Source: Eledone cirrhosa (lineage: Eukaryota). From it: a DNA stretch of 64,000 bases. The notes under the pieces were generated by a model that worked only from the letters and a program-made list of their open reading frames with translations, did not search any database and was not told the origin of the DNA. The stretch is from the NCBI GenBank assembly GCA_964016885.1, contig OZ024741.1, forward strand, positions 234,670,001-234,734,000, read 5' to 3'. The number at the start of each line of letters is the position of its first letter. Position 1 is the stretch's first letter. The position numbers were made by a program, and so were the translations under genes. This document shows, in pieces, positions 1-11,650 of the stretch.

Positions 1-546
1 CTAGTAAAGTACTGGGGTTGATATAATCGACTTTACCGTCACCCTAAATTGCATGCCTTGTGGTTAAATTAGAAACCATTATTATTTATTTAATTGATTA
101 ACAAAGAATATCAAGTACATATGAAACCCACTCCTCCCATGCTGCCTCCATCCCCCCCCCCCCCACACCCTCATCACACATCTAAGGATGGACTAACCCT
201 AATAATAACATCTGCTAATATGAGATGCTGAAATGATGCTAATATCTCCTGAAGAGGGGTTTCTGGGACCCATACCCTCTTAAGAGAGGAGAGCTTGTCT
301 TCTAATATAAACCTCATTTGATGGCTGACCAAACATATAAACCAGGCAGCCATGCCAACTTCTAATATTTACCCCCTCTCCCCCACCTCGGTGTCATTTA
401 ATGTCAAATGTTTTCTTGTTTCTCTTGTTTTAGTTTTGTTGTTTTTTTTTGTTTTTTTCTTGCAGGGGGGCAGGCGGGGTTGTGTGTGTGTCTGTATGTC
501 AGATATCTTGAAAGTTTTTTTAACACAGCAGAAAGATTATATGTAT

Positions 547-583
<37 letters not shown>

Positions 584-1437
584 CACACATATTTGTATAC
601 ATATATTCACATACATTTGTATGTGTATATATATATATATATATACATACACCATCAAAATGTATGAATTTGCGCTGTATAAATATGTGTAATCTAGTGT
701 TGACACAAATTAATATATATGTCTATTTAGATGTTATACATGTATGTGTATATATAATATAATACATATACATATGTGTGTGTGTGTTTGTATGTATATA
801 TATGTGTGTGTGTGTGTGCATGTGTGTCTATGATGTGGTGGTGGTGTGGTATATAATTAAGTCAGAACAACTGACCTCCCTTTAATGGGCAAGTTCATAA
901 AACACATGACATCTAACCTCTTAGTGCCAAATAATATGGAATTATCACCTGTGGTAGATTGGTGTCTTATCCATGAGAAGATTTATTTCTCCTCCTCTCT
1001 GTTGTGTTCCTTGATAGATCATTGTATTCTACATTACCCAGCTGTGGTAGAAATAGATGCTAGATCATTAGGAGAATGTTTCCTGAGGCAGACTGATGTC
1101 TGGGATATTTATCATTTGTCCATTTTGCATCAGGAAACCTGAACTAACTGCTGTCCCTTTACCTTTTCATTGCCATATTTCTAATGAAATACACTGTATC
1201 TGAATTAATTAATGAAGAATTTTTGAGGGATTGACTAAATTTATTAATTATTTCATTAAAATGTGTCTTTTTTTTTCTTCTGTAGAATTAATGTCAATTT
1301 TTGACAGGCTGTTATTAAAAGTTAAGATGATATATAGCATTAATGTGTAGGATCTTAAATTTTCCTTTATCCCTCTCTATCACACACCTTTGACTTCAGT
1401 CACATTTGATGAATTCCCAATCATCTGTTGGTATAGG

Positions 1438-1648
1438 ATAGAAATAGCCTATCTAATTGACTGCCACCTGTAATATAAGGTAGAAATACCCTATGTAGAT
1501 GACTACCACCTAGTGACTTATGGTAGAAATTCTGTCGAGCTGACTGCTACCTAGTGACATGATAGAAATTCTGTCTAGTTACCTGCCACCTAGTGACTTA
1601 TGATAGAAATTCTGTCTAATTGATTGGCACCTTAGTGACATATAGAAA
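1438..1648. repeat. Degenerate ~41-bp tandem repeat, about 5 copies
   Basis: tagaaattctgtctag..ctgccacctagtgacttatg. Confidence 0.8.
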
Positions 1649-1970
1649 CACCTAGACATAATCCATTACCTTCTGTCATCAATCATCACTGTTGCTATTG
1701 CTACTTCTGCCAACAAAGTTAGTACGACAACTACTATTGCTACAACAAACACAACTATTAGTGTTACAATCAACATAACCACAACTACTACTACTTCTAC
1801 TACAACAAACATGCACACTATTACTACCACAAAAGTGACTTGCCACCACCACAGTTGTTATTGATAAACTAGTGTTTGATTATACTCAACATAAAAGGGT
1901 GAGTGATACACACACACACACACCTACATATGTATAAATATAAATATGTACGCACACACACACACATGCC

Positions 1971-2003
<33 letters not shown>

Positions 2004-3119
2004 ATACATACATATATATAAATATACATGCAAACACGTGTATGTATATATATATATATATATATATGTAATTTGGCTCTTTTTTTTTTTCCATTATTCT
2101 TTCTGGTGGGCAGGAAAGAGAGCGAGAAAATACCAATAAAATGATATCAACCAAAACTATTAATTCACTTCTCTGTGTTTTCTTCTTCTTCTTGTTTTTG
2201 TTCTCCTGCAAGTACCTATTTTTTTTGTCTGATTATTGCATATATATATATATAATCATTATCATCATTGTTTAATGTGCATTTTCCTTATTACCAAGGG
2301 TGGGACAGGCCATCAACAGTCCAGGCTGGTGCTTAAATTGAGATAACAACCTCACAGATGTCTGGGAGTCTGTACCTCACTCTACTGAGTGCTCAAATGG
2401 ATTGGTGACTCGAGACTCACATACAGTCCCATGCACTACTAACAGCATTTTATCATGACACCAGTGTGTGTGTGTGTGTGTGTCGGGGGGGGGGGGGGTG
2501 TATTGTCTTTGACACACCTGAAGTGTCCTTTGGACCCTTTGTTTGGTAGGTTTACTAAGGCTGGATACCCTTCCTATCACCAACCACTTAAAAGTGTATA
2601 GTGTGCATTTATTGTGTAAATTAAAAACCCTTGGTTACCTGATAGGTCCTCCCATTTTGGCATGGTTTCTATAGTGGGATGCCCTCCTGTCACCAACCAC
2701 CTTATAGCGTGTACTAGGTGCTTTTACGTGGCACTAGCACCAGACAGGTTATCGGTTACTTATGTAACTGAAGAACCCTGTCTACCAGAGGGTGGGGGTA
2801 TAAATGGCGGGGACAGGCTGGATATACAAGGAGTGATGAGTATAGTACTTCGGTTGCATGACAAATGCTATAGGATGGTAGGATCTGAGAGGGTAATGTG
2901 TAAGAGAGAAGGGGTGATCACTGAGAGCATGGGAGGTACTGTAATGTTAACAGCTATTGAAGGGGTTATGACTGGTGTGTCAGAATTTTAGATGTGGGGC
3001 AGTGATACTGGATGGGTAATGTGGGTATTAGGGCTCTAGAAAGGTGGAGCATGTGTGAATGGGACGGGGTGTAAAGTGATAGGTGGATAGCTAAGGAGTG
3101 ATAGTGGATAGGACAGTAA

Positions 3120-3590
3120 GTGGGTCCTCACCAGAAAAGCATGTTGCCAAATCTGATGCTTTTTTGTCATTTCCATTGAGTTCAGTTTCTTGAGGTTTGT
3201 CTTCACTACCTCATCCCTTCCTGGATCTGCCTCTTCCACAAGTCCCATCTACTGAGATTTCTCTGCACTTCTTTAGAACTTCTACCCTGTTCTCTTTCAG
3301 TAGATCCACCTCCACGACTAATGATATCTAGATAGCAAAAATTTTCTACCACTTCTAGTAAACCTTCTGAATATTTGAGATAGTATATCTATTGAGTATC
3401 CATTGACTATTTCTGTGCATCTACCACACATGGCGTCTGATATTCTTGCCAGTCTACCTCTGATCCCACTACAAACCTTGGGTGTCCAGAGTCTAGATTG
3501 TGTACACCATATGTAATTCCTATCTACTCCTTTTCTACACATTTAACTTGGCCATTTCCTTGATTATAGCAAGGTTTCATCTTTTTTCTT
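3120..3590 (-). mobile_element. Decayed RTE-type LINE 3' fragments
   Basis: CRKGVDRN..CSGIRGRL..CGRC and GRGRSRK-type C-terminal motif. Confidence 0.6.
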
Positions 3591-3658
3591 ACAATAATAA
3601 TGATGATGGTGATGACATATATATATTCGAAAATAGGCTTTTTTAATATGGGTAAAAA

Positions 3659-3934
3659 TATAGGAAAAAGAAGTTGAAAATGCAATTGAAGTCTCTAAGA
3701 ATGTTTATTTACAATAACTTATAACTTTACCAGTTTCACAAGTTAAGAGAGATGAAGTGAAATGTGTGGCTATACTAACTTGTAACTCGCATGTATTTGG
3801 ATGTGAGTTACAAGTTGGCATAGTCACACATTTCTCTTCACTGTTGAATATCATGAAAGTTGTGAAATCAGTAAAGTTATAAGCTATTGTAAATAAACCT
3901 TCTTAAATTGCATTCTCAACTTCTTTTCCCATAT
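3659..3934. mobile_element. Older palindromic element with eroded hammerhead-like core
   Basis: Arms pair around about 3796; ctgttga(3841)...gaaatcagta on +, gaaactggta on -. Confidence 0.55.
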
Positions 3935-3974
3935 CTATTTTTTTTTTTCATTGCACCTCCTCCAGCCCCCAGCC

Positions 3975-4410
3975 GCCTTATAGAGGCATCAAGTTGATGG
4001 ATCAGGTCGTAAAAGTAACAGAAAGAGTTATAGCACAGCTGATTAGGGACCAGGTAAACCTAGATGAACTGAAGTTTGGATGTGTACCAGGTAAAAGCAC
4101 CACAGATGCTCTCTTCCTGTCGAAGCAGTTTTAGGAGAATTACCTAGCTAAAAGTAAGCTGCTCTACCTGGAATTTGTTGATCTGGAGAAAGCTTTGACA
4201 GTCATCTGCCATAATCTGGGGGCTCTTAGAAAACTAGGAGTAGATGATTGGCTTGTGAAGGCTGCATAAGCCATGTATAGGGGAGCAGTCAGCAATGTTA
4301 GGATTAATGACTATAGCGAGGAAGTTAGGGTTCTGTTCTTAGCCCTCTTCTGTTTATTATCATACTGCAAGCTATAACAGGAGTTTAAGACTGGAATTCC
4401 TATATGCAGA
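3975..4410 (+). mobile_element. RTE-type reverse transcriptase fragment
   Basis: YRGIKLM..FGCVPGKSTTDALF..FVDLEKA. Confidence 0.75.
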
Positions 4411-4411
4411 T

Positions 4412-4502
4412 GTATAGAGAAAATATTTGATTCAGAGATGGCCTGCGAAATAGGTGTTATTGTTGCTGTAGACCATCTCTGAATCAAATATGTTTTCTAT
4501 AC
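4412..4502. repeat. Hairpin with ~35-bp arms
   Basis: atatttgattcagagatgg / ccatctctgaatcaaatat. Confidence 0.75.
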
Positions 4503-4764
4503 TATGTGTTTGCCATAATTCCTTTATTGATTAACTTATGCAATCCGCCCCGATGATGTTGCCAGGATCTTATGTAACCAGACCATTGAAAAATATATGT
4601 TTTTTGCAACAATAAAACTATAAAGGAATATTACCAGTCCAGCTTCCTGTTATTCTAATAAAATTATATATATATATATATAAGTCAGAAGCAGTGTAGT
4701 AAGTAAGGCAATTAAAGATATGAAGACCGGGAAAGCAGCCGGTCCATTGGGGATAGTTGCCGAG

Positions 4765-4806
<42 letters not shown>

Positions 4807-4899
4807 ATACATAGATACACATATATGAATTAAAAATTAGGGTTCATAAAACTTAGAAGTCTAAGAAGGGTAACATACAAATTTATAAGATAGTTTAAC

Positions 4900-5582
4900 T
4901 ATGGAAGCTTGCACAGTCCACTCTACATGTGAATAGAGTTCCACTGAAGCAGGTGGAGAAGTTAAAATATTTCAGGGCTGTGTTTATGAGTGATGAAAAG
5001 CAGGAGGCTGAATTAAGTGTAAGAATTGTAGGAGCTGGTGTAGTAATGCGATAGCTTCAGAATTTGGTAATCAGAAAAAGGGAGGTAGGTGTAAAAGCCA
5101 AACTTGCTATCTTCAATTTGGTATTCATGCCAACCCTTACTTACGGTCATGAATCTTGGGTAATGAGTGAAAGAATATGATCACAACTACATGCGAACAA
5201 AATGGGATTCCTCCGAAGGGTCTCTGGAGTAACATTACTCAATAAAGTGCGTAGCTCAGCGATCAGAGAGTCACTTCAGGTAGAGCTGTTACTTCTTCAA
5301 ATTGAGAGATCATAGCTCTGATACTATGGACATATAGTTAGAATGTCTCAGGAAAGAATTGCTGGGTAGATTTTATGGGCAAAACCAACCGGCAGGATAC
5401 CAAGGGGTACACCCCGAGCAAGATGGTTGGATAATATCCATAAGCATGTCTGGTCTCACTTAGGGATCTCGCTGGCTCAATTGGAGATGGTTGCTTCTGA
5501 CAAGACCTACTGAAAAGAGTGTTTGAGGACTCCACGCCCATGACCCTTTCAGGAATAATAATAAGAAGGAGCAGGATGATGA
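4900..5582 (+). mobile_element. RTE-type LINE 3' fragment
   Basis: PLKQVEKLKY..PTLTYGHESWVMSE; homologous to 33680-34630. Confidence 0.75.
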
Positions 5583-6199
5583 TTTCTTTATTAACCACAA
5601 GGTTTTACATTAAGGACAGTACAAATATGGGTTTTTGTGTGTATAAAAGGAATCAATAACAATAACAAAAACAAATTTCCCAATAGGGGTAAAACCACCG
5701 AGGGTTACTCATGGAGCCCACAAAAGCCAGAGTCACCCTGACCACTAGAGAAAGCACCCTCTCCCAATTATCCTCCTTCAATACTACAGGCACATGTTCA
5801 GGGCAGACGCATTCACATTACAGTGTATATTGGGTGTGTTCATTGTGTAGATCACCAACACTAGAGAGCTTGTCATGCTGTTGTCACCTTTTTGGTATGG
5901 TTTCTACAGTAGGGTGTCATTCCTATCACTAAACACTTTACCAGGTGTTTCAGAATTTGGGGTGGGTGTACTCATTGGTGTATCATGATATTCAGAGGAG
6001 TAAGTAGAGATGGTGAGAATAGCTAAGGAGTAATAGTAGAGGGGGTGCGGGGCACACTAGGTGAGGGTGCACAAAGATTGAGAGAGTAACTACATAGGAT
6101 TAGAGAGGTGGGATGTAAGAATAGCTAAGGGATGATAGTGAAAGGGGCATGGATAGTGAAGATAACTACTAAGGAGTGATAGTGGAGGGACATGGGGGA

Positions 6200-6740
6200 T
6201 GGGTCATATCACATTTTATGCTGGTAGGTGGGTCTTCTCCAGTACAGCATATCACCAATTCTTGTAGTCTTTGTCATCACCATTGTGAAGTTGCTTTTTA
6301 AGGTCAGTTCCACAACATTATTCAATGTTTTCCTAGGTCTGCCTCTTCCATATGTACCAGCCACGTAGATTTCTCTGAATTTTTTTATGCAGCTGTCACC
6401 TTCCATATGCATAACATGTCCATTTCTCTTTTGCACATTACATTCAATTCAGTTTACTTATACTACATTACCCATCACTAACACTACCCATCCACTGGAG
6501 CTTCATTACTTTCTAGCCTTTGTAGGTCTTCTACTGTCAAAACCCATGTCTCATTGCCATATAGCACTGTAGTTCACATGTAGACATCATATAGTCTACT
6601 CTCCCTTCTGAGAAAGAAGTATTTGTTGTCAGGTACAAGCTTCCCAAATGTTTTCCAGTCTATTTTTACCATGCTTATCACACTTTTGGAGCATCTTCCT
6701 CTACTGATCATCAGGTTACCTAGGTAACAAAAACTGTTTT
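6200..6740 (-). mobile_element. RTE-type LINE 3' fragment
   Basis: GHVMHM..GRGRPRKT. Confidence 0.65.
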
Positions 6741-7919
6741 GCAACTTTTGTATGAGGTAATGAGATAAGTCCAGAAGGATGATGAAGCAAAGTTGAGAGA
6801 TGTTATTATTATTTGTTACTTTTTATTTATTTACATCTCTTATTTTTACCATAAATAACTATGCACTATGACATAGTTTACCTCATCACCAGCCACCTCT
6901 GACTACCACTATTAGCTCTATTCCTACCTCTCCTTTGATTCTGGGGGAGCCTTTTATAACAGCTAGAAGGAGTGTGGCTCCTCATCTATATTGAAAGCAA
7001 CCTGTCTTGGAAGTTGGTTATACAAAAAAAAAAAAAATGAACAGTATACAAAAAAGGTTTCAGCCCATATCACATGGATGAATCAGGAACTCCTCAAAGC
7101 AGAGTGAAGAGTATTAACTCTGTAAATAGACTCTACTGATAAAATGCACCCAGTCCATGCTGTAAAATGGTTGGTGATAGGAAGGGCATCCAACTGTAAA
7201 ATATTAAAGAAAATTCATAACATTCATAAAATCAATGAAAACTATCAAGAGGACTAACACTTAATATACTAGTGCTGTTTTTGGTAGCTAATTAGTATGA
7301 TGTGAGCACCCTCAAACCAGCATCAAGTGAACCTACTAACTTCTATTCTTTCAGGTGCAGATGGACACCAAGCAACTTCCCCCACAAATACCAGAAGAAA
7401 ATCTCTTCCTTTGAGGTGCAGATCTATAGAGCTGCCGCCATTAACATAGGTATGAAAGGTTGGTCTGAAGAGACTGTAGTAACACTAGAAATAAGGTGCA
7501 AAGATGTGTACTATGTACAAGAGTTAAAACAAACTTCACTGAAGTAAAACATTATTTTGGATGGGTAACATCTCTGTGTTAGGAGGACCTTCAGTTGCGT
7601 CAAATCAAAGTGAGGGAGAGGCAAGTCAAAATGTAAGTTCCATTTGTTTGTAATATTATGCATGCATGGACTTGTAACTCCTGAGGGAGTCCTGCAGCAT
7701 CGTATTAACATACAGCGTTTCTTTTAAAACCTGGCGGAGCCCATCTCCTCTCCAGGTCTGAATACAGCAGGTTTCTTCCAGAGAAGGATAGGAAGTAAAA
7801 AAAATGGAAGTGAGAAAGAGATACAGAGGAAAAATCGACCCCACTACCTGACTGGTACATTCTTTATCGACCTTGAATGGATGAAAGACAAAGTTGACTG
7901 TAATATTATGCAAGACTCA

Positions 7920-8200
7920 AAGGTGGTGTATTGGCCGAATTGGTAGAACGTAAGATAAAATATCATCGTGGTATTTGTTTGGCTCTTTACATTCTGAGTT
8001 TAAATCCTGCCGAGTTTATCTTTTATTTCATTCTTCCAGGGTCGATAAAATAAAATACCAGAGAAGTGCTGGGGTTAATTTAATCAAATTTGCCGTCCAA
8101 ATTTAGTTACGTTCCTTTACGATATAGATTCACATCCCTCTAGGATCGCTGATCCATTCAACTTCCAAATGTACGGTCTTGTGTCGGTCAGAATTAATTA
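7920..8200 (+). mobile_element. tRNA-derived SINE, main family
   Basis: ctgagtttaaatcctgccgag..gtcgataaaataaaataccag; a partial opposite-strand copy lies at about 7630-7900. Confidence 0.7.
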
Positions 8201-8758
8201 TCATACTTTTCTAAAGAAGCATTTAATTAATACTATCGACATAATCGCTGATGGCCTTGAGAAAGGCATATTTTTCACAACCTCCTTTTTCTTCTTCTTG
8301 AGTGTGCTGTTCACTCAAAGGGAACCAACAATTTAAAGGAAATCATTAATCATTAATCATTTGAAAATAAAAATCAATAAATGGACGAATAACGATGTCC
8401 AAGTTGGATGTTAATATAAGAATCAGAGAGAGTAGGAGGAGTAAGTGGGAGGGGTAGGTAGAGAATAAGAATTAGAAGGATCAGAGAGAAAACAGAACGT
8501 GCAAGAAATGATAGAGGGAGGGTATGATAGAGAATGAAAACGAATAAATAAATAAAGAAAGAAAGCGTAACGTGTAAAGAGAGACACGGGTACTTAAAAT
8601 AAGAGGAGATAAAGACAGAATCAGTCTCCCCACATTCTCTCTTTCTAGAATTTAATAAATAATTTATTTTAGAATGTTAAAGCATATAACTGTACATTCA
8701 AACAATTAGATAGACATACATATAAACGCTATATTTATGCCTATCTAATTACGTATGA

Positions 8759-8828
8759 ATATATACTTATAGTACATGAATACATCGCATATATATATGC
8801 GATGTATTCATGTACTATAAGTATATAT
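8759..8828. repeat. Perfect 70-bp palindrome
   Basis: atatatacttatagtacatgaatacatcgc-atatatatat-gcgatgtattcatgtactataagtatatat. Confidence 0.9.
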
Positions 8829-8967
8829 ATATGAACAATGAGTTATTTAATTTGTTGATTATTCAACAAATTTAATTTATAACAGGTTAGAAGCACTCAA
8901 TTGTTTTCTTCTGGAGCATAATATCAATAATATTAATAAATGGAAGCTATCTTTATAAAACCTTATT

Positions 8968-9028
8968 TATTTTATTTTATATATTTCAAGGGTACCAACA
9001 TTTTGGTACGCCCTCATCAGATAAAATA
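8968..9028 (-). ncRNA. Inverted hammerhead copy with U16.1 changed to A
   Basis: Reverse complement reads tattttat CTGATGA gggcgtaccaaaatgttggtaccctt GAAA tatataaa ataaaata. Confidence 0.6.
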
Positions 9029-9133
9029 CAAAAGTTGGTTTACAGATAGTGACATATTCAAGAACTTATTCAAATAGAACTCACAACATTAAGTTCTTGT
9101 CTGAATATGTCACTATCTGTAAACCAACTTTTG

Positions 9134-9194
9134 TATTTTATCTGATGAGTGCGTACCAAAATTTTGGTACCCTTGAAATATATATAATAAAATA
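9134..9194 (+). ncRNA. Type I hammerhead ribozyme motif
   Basis: tattttat-CTGATGA-stem II (gtaccaaa/tttggtac)-GAAA-T-atat-ATA|ataaaata; 8-bp helix I; predicted cleavage after 9186. Confidence 0.75.
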
Positions 9195-10964
9195 AATATG
9201 GTTTTATAAAGATAACTGCCATTTATTAATATTATTGATATATATATATATATATGTATATAAATATATATATATATATATATAGTATAAATATTGTCTG
9301 TCTGTATGTCAGCCATGAACATGAGTTGTCTCCCCTATAAGTGGGTGTTATGTCTATCTACTCAATACGTTCCTCTACAAAAACAAATACCTATATTCAC
9401 TTGACTTTATTAATATTCATATATATATATATATATAAGATATATACACGCAACTTTCTATATATTTCACCTCGGCTGTCGTCATCTATTTTCTGATCAA
9501 CTCACCCCCAATCGTTGCATCTTTCAACCTTTAGTTCCCCATCCATACTACACCGTTTTTATATATATATATATACACACATTATAGACGTTTGTGAGTA
9601 CTAACAAAGCGAGAAAGAGTACTCAATACCGGTTATATTGTTTATTTATTCGGAAGAAGCTGATATTTCACTCCGTCACTACTCAGAGTTCCTCGTTTTG
9701 TGCGATTACTACTCTTCTCTACAACGACTTGGCTCATATCATCTCTTCTCTCAAGCTTCCTCGATATTTTTACGAAATAATTACTGAAGAACATTCGTCC
9801 CTGATAGGTAAGAAGTATTATAAACAGCCTTTTACATACTTAATCTTACCTGTTTATCGTTTCCTGCTAACATTTGTTTCTTCTTATTGATTATGGCCAT
9901 GGCTGGAACGTCTTTGATAAGTCTTCTAAATCAGGACAGACCAAGTGTTAGGCATCAACAAGAAACAAATATAACATTTGTCTGTTATTGGTGTTGCTTA
10001 ACCCCAAGCTAGCCACGATTTACAAGATTTGTGATGAAAGGTGCTCCACTATTTGTTAGTCCACATTTTGAACATTTAGGACTATATTATATAACGTGTC
10101 TTTCAATTTGCGTGATTTAGGAAATTTGGTTACTACTTCGAGCAAAGGAATCAGCACGCAATCACTCGACTTGCTATAGAGATAGAAATAGTAGCTAAAT
10201 TTTCCTAAAAACCATGTGTTACTGTCTTAATTAAGGAATGGGCACATTGAGCAATGTTGAATTTATGAATGTAGTAAACAAAAAAAAAAAAAAAAAGAGG
10301 AATGGTCACGATTGGAGTGCCTTTCATCATATGCCTAATGGATCGTGTTTGACCTTGTTTTTTTTCTATGGTATTTAGTATAACGTGTGTTGTTGGGTTT
10401 GTGCACAGTTGTTGCCCTTGTGGCAAATATAGGCAATGTTTTGTATTCATGCGTAACCTTCCCTAAACCGATAAAGATTTCTGACACGAATTTTAACTAG
10501 ACGTCAAATAAAGTTACCAGGGGAAAATGTCACATTCCATGTAAGTGACATAACTAATAGTTACAGTAATTAAACAAATAATATTTTAAGTCATTTATTA
10601 AATGACAATGAAATATATACAGTGACAACAGTGATATGACACTACTTTTATTCAATAATGTAAATAAAACAACGAGTAAAAAAAAATTAAAAATAACATT
10701 AAATCAGTAATTTATAGAGATTTTCCCTTCTAGATTCCATGAGGGCCATAGTCGAAATGGATGGCTGAATGGTTAAAAAGTTCGCTTCGTAGTCATTAAG
10801 TCCCTGGTTCGATCTCACTATGTGGCATTTGGGCAAGTGTCATTAACGATAGCTTTGGGCCAACCACGTTTTGTGAGTGAAATTGGGTAGGCGGAACTGT
10901 TTGGAAACTCGTTGGATGAACTGTATATGTTATTCAAAAAGCCATTTGTGTCACACTGAATCTA

Positions 10965-11650
10965 CTTTAGACAGCTTGGCCCGGACAAACATCCTTTTAA
11001 TCTTGGAACCGTCTGGGTTGTCCAGAAGTGATGGAAGACCCGACAGCCTTACCCTGTGCGCCTAGTCGAGAGGCAGATGCATTGTCTGGGACGTCACAAT
11101 TAGTGACTCTTTTGTTTCTTCCCACATCCTGGATGCTGCAGTTAGTGCGAGAGCCTCAGCACCCGCAGCCGAACGGAACAAAATCCTAAAATACTGTGAT
11201 CTGTCGGCCAACTACATTTTCTAGCCTGTGGCGTTCGAGACGTTTGGGGGAGTCGGGCTACTGACTGCGAGATTCCTATCTTCACTGGCGGCTCGCCTAA
11301 CAGAAGTAACTGGTAAAAAGCGCGAGGGCGCATGGTTGTTGCAGCGCATCAGCCTCGCCCTCACTTGAGGTACGCTGTGAGCGTGTTGGCTTGCCTACCC
11401 AGTGCTCCTCGCGATACTGTTATCTTTTATTCTGGTAGCAGCTCGATTGTCCACCCCTTTCGTCTGCCTTTTGTTGTATGTGGTCCCAGATGTGTTTCTT
11501 TTCCTTTTTTTCTCTTTCTTTTCCTTTTTTTCTGTTTTCCCTCTCCCTTTCCTTTATTATATCTCTTTTTTATACAACAGTGTATAAAATCCAGCTTGGA
11601 TTCATTAATCCAGTATATATTATACATACAAATTAGTTAAATAAATAAAT
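10965..11650 (+). mobile_element. Older CRE-like endonuclease fragment plus pyrimidine-rich 3' UTR
   Basis: LEPSGLSRSDGRPDSLTL..*..IVWDVT; same motifs as the 38.5-kb copy, disrupted. Confidence 0.65.

Larger units (their letters stand above)
8921..9241. mobile_element. Inverted-repeat element with ~150-bp arms; Penelope-like pLTR remnant
   Basis: Near-perfect reverse-complement arms around a ~20-bp spacer; hammerhead motif in each arm; abuts (TA)n at 9240. Confidence 0.7.

Noticed and set aside
245-293. ctgaaga-gggg..accctc hairpin as a hammerhead
   Set aside because: No GAAA half or cleavage triplet could be placed
352-2211. Short YIYI/CVCV-rich ORFs
   Set aside because: Translations of (TA)n and (CA)n microsatellites
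10755-10830. tRNA gene
   Set aside because: A and B boxes are present but there is no clean cloverleaf, and it runs into a SINE body
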